64,000 nt of DNA. Source: Meiothermus sp. (lineage in GTDB: Bacteria > Deinococcota > Deinococci > Deinococcales > Thermaceae). The stretch covers positions 12,542 to 76,541 of the forward strand of contig PSMF01000002.1 of the NCBI GenBank assembly GCA_040290005.1. Reading direction: 5' to 3'. The translations under genes and the position numbers were made by a program. Under the pieces are notes generated by a model. It searched no databases and was not told the DNA's origin. It saw nothing but the letters and a program-made list of their open reading frames with translations. Below, piece after piece: positions 38,417 through 46,851 of this stretch; position 1 is the stretch's first letter, and each line of letters opens with the position of its first letter.

Positions 38417-39544
38417 CTACGGTTTGCCGAATGCCAACACCATTCCGTTGTGGTCATCGGTGAGGTAAATCCTGTCCCCCATGGGCCGAACGTCCACCGG
38501 AGCGCCCAGCCTGCCACCGGATAAAACCCAGTTTTTGACCAGTTCGACCTTTTGTCCACCTGGAATGCCTTTTTCATTCACTTGAAAAGCCACCAAGCGG
38601 TGTCCGCTGGCCCGGTAGCCGTGATAGCCCACCACCAGCCAACCGCTATACTCACCCGGCCCGTCGCTCCAGTACGCCATTCCTAAAGGTGCAGCATGGG
38701 CGGGCAGCAGGACGGTAGGCTTCTCCGTTTCGGAACAGTCGTACTTGGGGAACTCAGGGGCGTTTTTGCCGTCTTCGTAGCAGTAGGGCCAGCCGTAGTT
38801 TTTACCGCCGAGCACTATGTTCAGCTCGTCGTTGGGATGGGTCTCGTCGGAAATTTTGGGGTCGGCCAGGTTGATCGCGTCCCTCGAGTTCTCCCCCTGC
38901 AAGAGCGTCCCTGACGAGTGAACGGCCAGCGCCATCGAGTTGCGCAAGCCTGTGGCGTACACGCTCTGCCCCGTCACCTTTCCCGCAGGCCAGGCGAAGG
39001 TGTATCTGCGAATCTGCCCTCTGGTAGCAGCCTCTGCACAGGTCGCCTTCCCCTTATCCCCATCGCAGTTATCCGAGGCTGAGCCGATGTTGAGGAATAG
39101 GTTACCCGCGCGGTCAAAAACCATCGTCTTGAGCGGATGCCGCCCGGTGGCGGGCAGGTCGCGGATGACATATTCCTTCTGCGGCGTGGTGGGGTCAAAA
39201 CGAAAGACGCGGCTGGCCTCGCCTACGTAGACCTTCTGGTCCGGCCCGAGGGTGATACCATTGGGGCGGTCCAGACCGGTAAATATCCTCTGTAGGACGT
39301 ATTTCCCGTTTTGCTTGCGTAGCCTCGAGAGCGAGCCTTTTCCTGGCGTCCAGCCGCCCATTTCCACCACCAACAAGTCGCCGTTTCCCATAGGCAAGAT
39401 GCCTCTGGGCATCTTGAGGCCGCGCTGAACGATGCCCACACAGTACCCGGTGGGGGTAGCGACGGGGAGTTTGGGCAGTCCAGCACAAGTTTGGGCCAGA
39501 GAGAAGGTCAGCAAAGCAAAGAAACCGAGGACGGCGGAGCGCAT
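38417..39544 (-). CDS. PQQ-dependent sugar dehydrogenase (soluble aldose dehydrogenase-like), secreted
   Basis: ATG at 39544 gives the signal MRSAVLGFFALLTFSLAQ. 'GLRNSMALAVH' and 'GKNYGWPYCY' are beta-propeller motifs. Confidence 0.85.
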   Translation of the reverse strand: MRSAVLGFFALLTFSLAQTCAGLPKLPVATPTGYCVGIVQRGLKMPRGILPMGNGDLLVVEMGGWTPGKGSLSRLRKQNGKYVLQRIFTGLDRPNGITLGPDQKVYVGEASRVFRFDPTTPQKEYVIRDLPATGRHPLKTMVFDRAGNLFLNIGSASDNCDGDKGKATCAEAATRGQIRRYTFAWPAGKVTGQSVYATGLRNSMALAVHSSGTLLQGENSRDAINLADPKISDETHPNDELNIVLGGKNYGWPYCYEDGKNAPEFPKYDCSETEKPTVLLPAHAAPLGMAYWSDGPGEYSGWLVVGYHGYRASGHRLVAFQVNEKGIPGGQKVELVKNWVLSGGRLGAPVDVRPMGDRIYLTDDHNGMVLAFGKP

Positions 39545-39653
39545 AGTCCCATTGTGCGGCACACGCCCCCGGAACGGATGAATTGACACCGCTGGGTCAT
39601 CTGACCCGGCTTCCTGACAAACTCGTTCTACACTCACTCTTATAGAGGAATTT

Positions 39654-40388
39654 ATGCTCGAGTTCATCGCCTTCGACGCCGACGACACCCTGTGGCACAA
39701 CGAGACCTATTTCTGTGAGGCGCAGGAGCGGTTCAAGCGGTTAATGCACCGGTATTTGGATGACAGCTACGACGGCAATCATCTGTACGAGACCGAGATT
39801 CGTAACCTCGGACATTATGGCTACGGGGTCAAGAGCTTCGGTCTCTCAATGGTCGAGACCGCGATTGAACTCACCCACGGACGTATTTCCGCCAGGGACA
39901 TTCACGCTCTGATCCAGCTCACCAAGGAGATGCTCTGCGCCCCGGTCGAGGTGTTGCCCGAGGTCGAGGCCGTGCTGGACGAGCTTTCCGGCGACTACCC
40001 GCTGCTGCTCATCACCAAGGGCGACCTGCTCGACCAGGAGAGCAAGATTCTGCGCTCAGGTCTGGCCGAATACTTCCGCCACATCGAGGTGGTGAGCGAG
40101 AAAGACGCAGCCACCTACAGCAGAATTCTGCGCCGCCACCGCATCCGGTCGGAGGAGTTTTTGATGGTGGGCAACAGCCTGCGCTCGGACGTCTTGCCGG
40201 TGCTCGAGCTCGGTGGACATGCCGTCCACATTCCCTACCCCCACACCTGGGCTCACGAACACGTTCAGCTTGATAACTCAAGGCCCAAACCCTACACCCA
40301 GCTTGGGAGCATCGGGGAACTACCGGAATGGCTCGAGGCCCAGCTAATCAGCCCCGGCGAAGTTCAAGACGAACGCCGGTCTGCATAG
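39654..40388 (+). CDS. HAD-superfamily hydrolase
   Basis: 'FIAFDADDTLWHNE' DxDxT motif, 'LLLITKGD', 'MVGNSLRSDV'. Confidence 0.88.
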   Translation: MLEFIAFDADDTLWHNETYFCEAQERFKRLMHRYLDDSYDGNHLYETEIRNLGHYGYGVKSFGLSMVETAIELTHGRISARDIHALIQLTKEMLCAPVEVLPEVEAVLDELSGDYPLLLITKGDLLDQESKILRSGLAEYFRHIEVVSEKDAATYSRILRRHRIRSEEFLMVGNSLRSDVLPVLELGGHAVHIPYPHTWAHEHVQLDNSRPKPYTQLGSIGELPEWLEAQLISPGEVQDERRSA

Positions 40389-40433
40389 AGCGCAAAAACG
40401 CTTTGCGTCCAGGAAAGTGCCCGTTTACAAAAA

Positions 40434-40913
40434 TTGTCTTTCGCCACCGGGCGAGAGCTAGGTCTACCCCACTACCGCTTGCATCTGCTCGATTGCGGAG
40501 CCTATCTGCACGACCTGGGCAAGGTGAAGGTTCCGCTCGAGATTCTCAACAAACCTGCTAGGCTGACCCCAGAAGAGTTCGCGGTGATCCAGCGCCACCC
40601 CAGCTTCGGGCGGGAGATGCTCGAGGGGACTTGGATGAAACCCAGCGGCCTGATCGTCGAGCAGCACCACGAGCGACTCGACGGCAGCGGGTATCCCTTT
40701 GGCCTCGCTGGGGATGAAATCTTGGTGGAATCGTATATCGTCGCCGTCGCGGACACCTACGATGCCATGACCACCGACCGGCCTTACCGCAAAGCTCTAA
40801 CCCCAGAAGAGGCTTTCGCCGAGCTGAATAAATACGCCGGAACGCACCATCTAAAGGAAGTCGTCAAAGCTTTCTTCTCGGCGATTCGACAAGTGGAATC
40901 CCGTACCCTGTAA
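40434..40913 (+). CDS. HD-GYP domain protein, short (N-terminal helix with the first His absent)
   Basis: 'LHDLGKVKVP', 'HHERLDGSGYPFGL', 'VADTYDAMTTDRPYR'. The only start is TTG at 40434, in frame with and 45 nt after the HAD stop. Confidence 0.65.
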   Translation: MSFATGRELGLPHYRLHLLDCGAYLHDLGKVKVPLEILNKPARLTPEEFAVIQRHPSFGREMLEGTWMKPSGLIVEQHHERLDGSGYPFGLAGDEILVESYIVAVADTYDAMTTDRPYRKALTPEEAFAELNKYAGTHHLKEVVKAFFSAIRQVESRTL

Positions 40914-41012
40914 CGGTACACCCGTAAGTAACGGTTGGCTTGGGGCGTTGGTCATTCCTGTGTGCTGCGCCATAGCGGTATACGGAGCAAATCCGTAAGG
41001 AAAGGAGAAACT

Positions 41013-41327
41013 GTGAAGGTTGTCAGAGGCTTTTTGTTGGTCTCGGCCCTAGGTTTGGGAGGGGCAGCGCTGGCCCAAAAGACGGACTCAGGCGATTCTA
41101 AACCCGGTCAAGCCAAATCCGGCGATGTGGTGGTCAACGTGAACGTTCCAGCGGTGGGTGGTATAACCCAGGCTTTGCCGATTAATCCCCTGGGGCAAGC
41201 GGCCTATTCGGCACAGGAGAAGATTCTCACACCGGTAAGCAGTGCCACCGGAACCCAACGTTATTACGTCTGGGTGGGAGTAGGTGGGCAATACGTCCCG
41301 GTTGACCCGATGCGAGTCACTAAGTAA
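41013..41327 (+). CDS. small secreted hypothetical protein
   Basis: GTG at 41013 after SD 'aaggagaaa' gives the signal VKVVRGFLLVSALGLGGAALAQ. A terminator follows. Confidence 0.55.
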   Translation: MKVVRGFLLVSALGLGGAALAQKTDSGDSKPGQAKSGDVVVNVNVPAVGGITQALPINPLGQAAYSAQEKILTPVSSATGTQRYYVWVGVGGQYVPVDPMRVTK

Positions 41328-41345
41328 TAGCGCTTTTGAGAAGCT

Positions 41346-41372
41346 CGAGGCGACGGTCGCCTCGGGTTTTTT
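41346..41372 (+). terminator. intrinsic terminator
   Basis: 'cgaggcgacggtcgcctcg ggtttttt'. Confidence 0.75.
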
Positions 41373-41458
41373 GTCCTTCCTTAAGCCTTGTTTCAGGTAT
41401 CAAGGGTATTCAATTTCAGTGACCCAGCGGACAATGCGGGCTATGAAAGGAATCCCCC

Positions 41459-42667
41459 ATGGCTAGAACCCTCAGTTATCAGGATGCTACACATCTGCTG
41501 CGCCGCGCCGCCGCACGGGGACGCAAGGAGGAGGCGCAGCATCTCGTGGAGATGGGCTTGGAGGCCGCCGTGGACTCTCTCCTGCAAGACCCGGCCCCCG
41601 CACCACCCTTCCACACCGAGGTCTCCAGCAACGAGCGCGGCGACCAGCACCGCCAGATGATCCAGGCCTGGCTCACCCACTGGCTCACCACGACCACGCC
41701 CACCGCCGAGCGGCTGGTGCTGTTCTGGCATGGCCACCTCACCTCGGAGTTTCGCAGCACGATGGGGGCACAGTCGAGCGATGCCTGGACCCAGTTTGAA
41801 GTTTTCCGGCAGAACGCCTACGGGCCATTCAGCAAGTTGCTGAAGGCGGTCGCCCACAACCCGATGATGCTGCTCTACCTCAACAATGCCGAAAGCCGCA
41901 AGGAGCACCCCAACGAAAACTGGGCACGCGAGCTGATGGAGCTGTACACCGTCGGGCCCGGCTTCTACACGGAAAAAGACATCCAGGAGTCGGCCAGGGC
42001 TTTTACCGGCTGGACGGTGCGGCTGGCGAGCGGCAACGGCGGCAAGATGCGCGACCCCAACGAAGCCTTCGAGTATTTCTTCCGCAAAAACTGGCACGAT
42101 GGCGAACCCAAAACCTTCATGGGGCGGCAAATCGGGAGTGGCGAGGAGGTGCTGGATATCCTCAGCAACCACCCTCAGACTTATCTTTTCGTAGGCCGCA
42201 AGCTGCTGGCCTATTACCTCACCCCCACGCCTCCCGAAACACTCGTCCAGGAGGGCGCGAAGGTGCTGCAAAGCGGCGGAACCCGCGAGATGCTGCGCTG
42301 GCTGTTCACCCGCGGTGATTTTTACGCGCCGCAGTACCGAGGCACGATTGTGAAGAGCCCGCTCGAGTACGTCATCGGCCTGCTCTACGCTGCCTCGCAA
42401 ACGAAGCCGGTCATCGGCAAGGATGACGAAAAAGCCCCCAACCGCCTGCTCAACGCCTTCGCCGCGATGGGCCAAATTCCCTTCGACCCGCCCACCGTCA
42501 AAGGCTGGGACGGCGGCATGAGCTGGCTGGCCGAGTCTCCCCTGCTCACCCGCCTGAACCTTATCAGCAACTTTGCGGGCAAAGAGAAAACCCTCGATCT
42601 GGAGGTGTTCATGGACGGGGCCAACGGGCCGCTCGCGCTGGTCAAGCCGGAGGCACAACTGCTTTGA
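41459..42667 (+). CDS. DUF1800-family protein
   Basis: 'ATHLLRRAA', 'FWHGHLTSE', 'ARELMELYTVG', 'FTGW' are DUF1800 hallmarks. Confidence 0.85.
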   Translation: MARTLSYQDATHLLRRAAARGRKEEAQHLVEMGLEAAVDSLLQDPAPAPPFHTEVSSNERGDQHRQMIQAWLTHWLTTTTPTAERLVLFWHGHLTSEFRSTMGAQSSDAWTQFEVFRQNAYGPFSKLLKAVAHNPMMLLYLNNAESRKEHPNENWARELMELYTVGPGFYTEKDIQESARAFTGWTVRLASGNGGKMRDPNEAFEYFFRKNWHDGEPKTFMGRQIGSGEEVLDILSNHPQTYLFVGRKLLAYYLTPTPPETLVQEGAKVLQSGGTREMLRWLFTRGDFYAPQYRGTIVKSPLEYVIGLLYAASQTKPVIGKDDEKAPNRLLNAFAAMGQIPFDPPTVKGWDGGMSWLAESPLLTRLNLISNFAGKEKTLDLEVFMDGANGPLALVKPEAQLL

Positions 42668-42721
42668 ACCGTTGACCGTCAACCGAAAAGGCGCGTTTAC
42701 GGTCAACCGTAAACGGTTAAC
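42666..42721. repeat. heptad-periodic palindrome (word GTCAACC)
   Basis: 'gaaccgttgaccgtcaaccgaaaaggcgcgtttacggtcaaccgtaaacggttaac' lies between the DUF1800 and DUF1501 genes. Confidence 0.85.
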
Positions 42722-42737
42722 AGAATCGGAGGTTCCC

Positions 42738-43910
42738 ATGGACCGACGCGATTTCATCAAAAAATCCCTGCTCACCCTGGCTTTGGGCCAGGCGGCTCCT
42801 TCGCTGCTCGCCAGGACCGCCCTCGCCGCCCAATCGAAAGACAAAATCCTGGTGGTGGTCAACCTGTTCGGCGGGAACGACCAGCTCAACACGCTCGTTC
42901 CCTTCCGCAATGACCTTTATTACCGCAACCGGCCCAGCATTGCCATTGCTAAAGAACAGGTGCTGGACCTGGGCCAGAACGGGCAACGTCTCGGCCTGCA
43001 CCCAGAATTGCGCCCGCTGATGGCGATGTGGGACTCAGGGGAGCTGGCCCTGATTCCCCAAGTCGGCTACCCCAACCCCAACCGCAGCCACTTTATCTCG
43101 ACCTCGATCTGGCACACCGCCGACCCCACCCACCACGAGCCGACCGGCTGGCTGGGGCGCTGGGGCGACGGCCAGGACGACCCTTTCTGCGACACCTTCA
43201 TCGGCGGTGCCACACCCCAAGCACTCCAGGGCAAAGAGCGTAGCGCACCCGCCATCAGCAGCGTGGACGGCTTCACCGTTCGGATGCCCAAGCCCTTCGA
43301 GGACGCGCTCGAGCAAGAAATGAACCTCAAACGCCAAGGGAGGGCCGAAGAGGTGCGCCAGGCCATGCTGAGCTTGCGCGGGGCGCTCGATAAGGTCGGG
43401 CGGATTCGCGCTTTTACCAACAAGGTGCAGTACCCCGACAACGGTTTCGGCAAGAGTATGGCCGATGTCGCCCGGATGATTGCCGGTGGGCTGGGCTCCT
43501 CGGTGTACTACACGACGGTCGGTGGCTGGGACACCCACGCCGCGCAGGGGCCGCGCCAGGCCGAGCTTTTAGGCTATCTGGGCCAGACCCTGAGCGCCTT
43601 CCGCGCCGACCTGAAGGCCATAGGCCGCGATAAAGACGTGCTGATCATGGCCTTTAGCGAGTTCGGGCGGCGGGTGCAGGAGAATGCCTCGCACGGAACC
43701 GACCACGGCAAGGGCGGGCTGATGATGGTGCTGGGCGGCGGGGTGAAGGGTGGAATGTATGGCGGGGAGCCTGATTTGGAGGATTTGGACGACGGCGACC
43801 TCAAATATCAGACCGACTTTAGAAACGTGTATGCCTCGAGCCTGACCTGGATTTCCGCCAACACAAAACAGGTGTTGGGGCAGGATTTCAAGCCGCTCGA
43901 GCTGATTTAG
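42738..43910 (+). CDS. DUF1501-family (sulfatase-fold) protein with Tat signal
   Basis: ATG at 42738 after 'ggagg' gives 'MDRRDFIKKSLLTLALGQAAPSLLARTALA', a twin-arginine signal. Confidence 0.85.
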   Translation: MDRRDFIKKSLLTLALGQAAPSLLARTALAAQSKDKILVVVNLFGGNDQLNTLVPFRNDLYYRNRPSIAIAKEQVLDLGQNGQRLGLHPELRPLMAMWDSGELALIPQVGYPNPNRSHFISTSIWHTADPTHHEPTGWLGRWGDGQDDPFCDTFIGGATPQALQGKERSAPAISSVDGFTVRMPKPFEDALEQEMNLKRQGRAEEVRQAMLSLRGALDKVGRIRAFTNKVQYPDNGFGKSMADVARMIAGGLGSSVYYTTVGGWDTHAAQGPRQAELLGYLGQTLSAFRADLKAIGRDKDVLIMAFSEFGRRVQENASHGTDHGKGGLMMVLGGGVKGGMYGGEPDLEDLDDGDLKYQTDFRNVYASSLTWISANTKQVLGQDFKPLELI

Positions 43911-43951
43911 TGCAGATGTGCCCCTTTGAGTTAGGTGCGTTTCTTGGGAGC

Positions 43952-44034
43952 GGAACCGCCGTCAGAGGACGTGAGGGAAGAGCGTTGCACGCCCTTCCCT
44001 TCTCGCCCTCCGACACCTCCCTCAACCCTTCCCC
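43952..44034. repeat. G-tract family element, left inverted copy
   Basis: 'ggaaccgccgtcagaggacgtgagggaagagcgttgcacgcccttcccttctcgccctccgacacctccctcaacccttcccc'. Confidence 0.8.
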
Positions 44035-44175
44035 AGCAACCACCACAGCCCGGCTTAAGATGCCTACACACGAGATGTTGACGAGCAGAATTGCCGAGGG
44101 CAGGTAATGTTTCGGGGTGCAAAAGGCTGGGGCTCGAGGTAACAAAGGGCGCTATAGCAAATAGCTAAAAACAAG

Positions 44176-44230
44176 CTCACGTCTGGGACGGGGAAATCGC
44201 AATCCAAGATTTCTCGTTCTGGACCTGAGG
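44176..44230. repeat. loop-motif hairpin
   Basis: 'ctcacgtctgggacggggaaatc gcaatccaa gatttctcgttctggacctgagg'. Confidence 0.85.
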
Positions 44231-44286
44231 TTCCAAATCGAGTCTTTTGACCCGGCTTTGACCTCCTGCTCGATTAGCCTGAAGGG

Positions 44287-44715
44287 ATGAAACGGGTTCT
44301 CCTTCTTTTGGTCATGGCCCTGAGCCTTTCGGCGTTCGCCCAAACCTTGGTCGAAGTCACCACCGTAGCCGCGATTTCCTCCACGCTCGACTCTGGGCTT
44401 TCCCTTCCCAGTGGGACTTTCCGCGCGGGCAAGGGCAGCGACGCCATCATCGCCCGGCTGCCCGATGCGAGCAAGTTCAACCTCGAGGTCTACGGCGTGC
44501 GCGGCGTGACCGCCAACCTACAACCCGCCTTTGTCCAGCAAATCCTGACCAACTTCGCCTCGGCAGGCTATCTGCTCAATAACCAACAGCAAGACGTAGT
44601 GAGCGGCGAAACCCGCACCCGCTACAACTTGAGCGATGACAGCGGCAAGGCAGCGGTATTGTTCGTGGTGCGTAAGGGCAGCGAACTGGTTTACGCGTTT
44701 GGCAAAGCGAGATAG
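44287..44715 (+). CDS. secreted hypothetical protein
   Basis: Signal MKRVLLLLVMALSLSAFAQ. 142 aa. Confidence 0.6.
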   Translation: MKRVLLLLVMALSLSAFAQTLVEVTTVAAISSTLDSGLSLPSGTFRAGKGSDAIIARLPDASKFNLEVYGVRGVTANLQPAFVQQILTNFASAGYLLNNQQQDVVSGETRTRYNLSDDSGKAAVLFVVRKGSELVYAFGKAR

Positions 44716-44826
44716 GGTTTATGGGGTCGGGAAAAGCAAAAATCAAAAACCTGACCGCGCATCCTTCTCCCGTGAGCACGGGATTGCTCTCGCGCTGGTC
44801 TTCTCCAGCTGTGAATTCCGCGTTGC

Positions 44827-44992
44827 GAGGGAAGGGTAAGGGAGGTGTCGGGCACTAGGCCCACCAGCTTAGCTCGGTAAGGGCTATAGCCCGAGCCCGT
44901 GCCATAGCGCAAACCCTTGGGGCCGGGCTTTGCCCGTGCGGGCGGGGAAGATGATTGCATCAGCTTCCTCTACATCCTCTGACGGCGGAGCC
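44827..44992. repeat. G-tract family element, right inverted copy with an 89-bp internal insertion
   Basis: The ends 'gagggaagggtaagggaggtgtcgg' and 'ggcggggaagatgattgcatcagcttcctctacatcctctgacggcggagcc' are the reverse complement of 43952-44034. The insert resembles 13764-13800. Confidence 0.8.
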
Positions 44993-45027
44993 ATCCTCGC
45001 CAAATGAATTGACGGTGCACCGCGACA

Positions 45028-45052
45028 CGGGCGCAAAGCCTTGCGCCCCTAC
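45028..45052. repeat. REP-like palindrome
   Basis: 'cgggcgca aagcct tgcgcccctac'. Confidence 0.75.
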
Positions 45053-45085
45053 GAGCTGCCAATACACGTTGCGCTAAGCTAAGCC

Positions 45086-45328
45086 ATGGTCCGCTGGTCC
45101 CAGCTCGAGTCCAAAATAGACCTCAACGAGCTTCCCGCCTTCCACCGAGCGTTCCTCAAGCTCAACCGCCCCGAGTTGGAAGCCGATACGCTCCCCCTGC
45201 GGCGGATGCAACAATACGTGTCCCAGACCTTGCACTCGCTCGTCCAGCAAGGTAAAGCACGACACCTCGAAGAAGACTACGAGGTCCAGCCAGAGACCAT
45301 CCCCGAGGCGTATCAAAAGCTACTTTAG
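45086..45328 (+). CDS. small hypothetical protein (80 aa)
   Basis: The + frame has GC-rich third positions and a plausible sequence. The mirror ORF on the minus strand looks antisense-like. Confidence 0.45.
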   Translation: MVRWSQLESKIDLNELPAFHRAFLKLNRPELEADTLPLRRMQQYVSQTLHSLVQQGKARHLEEDYEVQPETIPEAYQKLL

Positions 45329-45342
45329 CCCCTGACGTTTGC

Positions 45343-45452
45343 GGGTAGGGGCCGATAGGCCCTGAGTACCGGCGCAGCTCTAGCCGTGATGTAGCGGTCG
45401 CCGATGGCGATACGAGCCGGGCCGCAGGGCGGCTTCACTGTCGCCCCTACCC
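45343..45452. repeat. REP-like arms enclosing a ~90-nt nested-helix insert
   Basis: 'gggtaggggc' ... 'gcccctaccc', with inner pairs gccctg/cagggc, ccggc/gccgg and tcgcc/ggcga. Confidence 0.5.
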
Positions 45453-45469
45453 ACCCGGTGGCTCGAGAG

Positions 45470-45727
45470 CTACCTCTCCCAGCGAATCGAAACGTCTTCG
45501 CGGCCCGCCAGAGCCTTGTTCAGCAGATCAATCAAGGCCGGGTCTGCGCCCGCTTCCTTCCAGGTCTGCACCAAGTCGGCGTTGATGTAGTAATCCTGGT
45601 CGTCGGCAGACTCCTCTTCCATCTGGTCTTCCAGAAACTGAAGCTGGGCCTCGCTGATCTCGCCGAGGTGGTCGCCGGTGTCGGCGTTGAAGAGTTGGAT
45701 CATGGGTTCATAGTAAACGCTGGGCAT
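45470..45727 (-). CDS. small acidic hypothetical protein (85 aa)
   Basis: ORF with coding-like GC3. 'EISEAQLQFLEDQMEEESADDQDYYI'. Confidence 0.55.
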   Translation of the reverse strand: MPSVYYEPMIQLFNADTGDHLGEISEAQLQFLEDQMEEESADDQDYYINADLVQTWKEAGADPALIDLLNKALAGREDVSIRWER

Positions 45728-45795
45728 AGGCTAAGCAAAAGCTCTGCCTTAGCTTCACTATTCGGGAGTCGGAAACCTGTTATACTCTGCCCTTT

Positions 45796-46851
45796 GTGGA
45801 GAAGACCCTCACCCCCAAAGCCTTAGGCTTCGCCATGCCCGCCGAGTGGGCCCCCCACGCCGCGACCTGGACTGCTTGGCCCTACGACGACGAGAAGTGG
45901 TTGGGCTATTTAGAGCCCGTACGCCAGGAATTCGCCGCTTTCGTCAATACTTTGGCGCGGTTCGAGTCGGTAAATCTCGTCGTCAACGACGAGGAATCCG
46001 AAGCCGACGCCAAAGCACGGCTCAGCGGTGGCAACATCAGCTTCTACCGCATCCCTCACAACGACTCCTGGCTGCGCGATAGCGGGGCCATCTTCGTAAA
46101 GAAAAACGGCAGCGTCGCCCCTGTAAAATGGGAATTCAACGGCTGGGGCGGGAAATACCCAGCGGACCTCGACAACCATATGCCCCAGCACATGGCCCGC
46201 ATCCTGGGCGCAAAGCTGTTTAACGCCGGAATCGTGATGGAGGGCGGCTCCTTGGAGGTGAATGGGCAGGGCATCTGCATCACCACCCGGCAGTGCCTGC
46301 TCTCACCCAAACGCAATCCAGGGCTGAACGAAGAAGACCTCGAGACTTACCTGCGCGACTACTTAGCCATAGATAACGTGATCTGGCTGGGAGACGGACT
46401 CGAGGGTGACCACACCGACGGGCACGTGGATACCATCACCCGCTTCACCGGTGAGTCCACCATCGTCACCGCCGTCTGCGAGGACGAAAGCGACCCCAAT
46501 CACCGTACCTTACAGGATAATTGGGAGATTCTGGAGAGCCTGGGGGCCTTTCGCATCGTCAGGCTGCCCTTGCCCAAGAACCCGCTCTGGCTCGACCAGG
46601 AAACCCGCCTCCCCCTCACCTACGCCAACTTTTATATCGCCAACGGAGCCGTCCTCGTCCCCACCTACGGCGACCCCAACGATGCTCGAGCCCTTGAAAT
46701 CCTGCGCCCGCTGTTCCCAGGCCGCGAGATGATCGGCCTCAGCAGCCGCGCCCTGATTACGGGCGGGGGCAGCTTTCACTGCGTCACCCAGCAGCAACCG
46801 GAAGGTATCCTCTTTCAGCAGCCCGCAGGCGAGGTTTGGAGGGGGGAATAA
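45796..46851 (+). CDS. aguA: agmatine deiminase
   Basis: 'MPAEWAPHAATWTAWP', 'GGGSFHCVTQQQP' (catalytic Cys). 351 aa. Confidence 0.9.
   Translation: MEKTLTPKALGFAMPAEWAPHAATWTAWPYDDEKWLGYLEPVRQEFAAFVNTLARFESVNLVVNDEESEADAKARLSGGNISFYRIPHNDSWLRDSGAIFVKKNGSVAPVKWEFNGWGGKYPADLDNHMPQHMARILGAKLFNAGIVMEGGSLEVNGQGICITTRQCLLSPKRNPGLNEEDLETYLRDYLAIDNVIWLGDGLEGDHTDGHVDTITRFTGESTIVTAVCEDESDPNHRTLQDNWEILESLGAFRIVRLPLPKNPLWLDQETRLPLTYANFYIANGAVLVPTYGDPNDARALEILRPLFPGREMIGLSSRALITGGGSFHCVTQQQPEGILFQQPAGEVWRGE

Noticed and set aside
41441-42910. 489-aa ORF on the minus strand
   Set aside because: It lies entirely antisense to the well-supported DUF1800/DUF1501 genes. Its Arg/Gly/Ala/Leu-rich composition is typical of open antisense frames in high-GC DNA, and it has no motifs.
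45074-45316. 80-aa minus-strand ORF mirroring 45086-45328
   Set aside because: The plus-strand frame has the GC-rich third positions and the more protein-like sequence. Only one of the two can be real.
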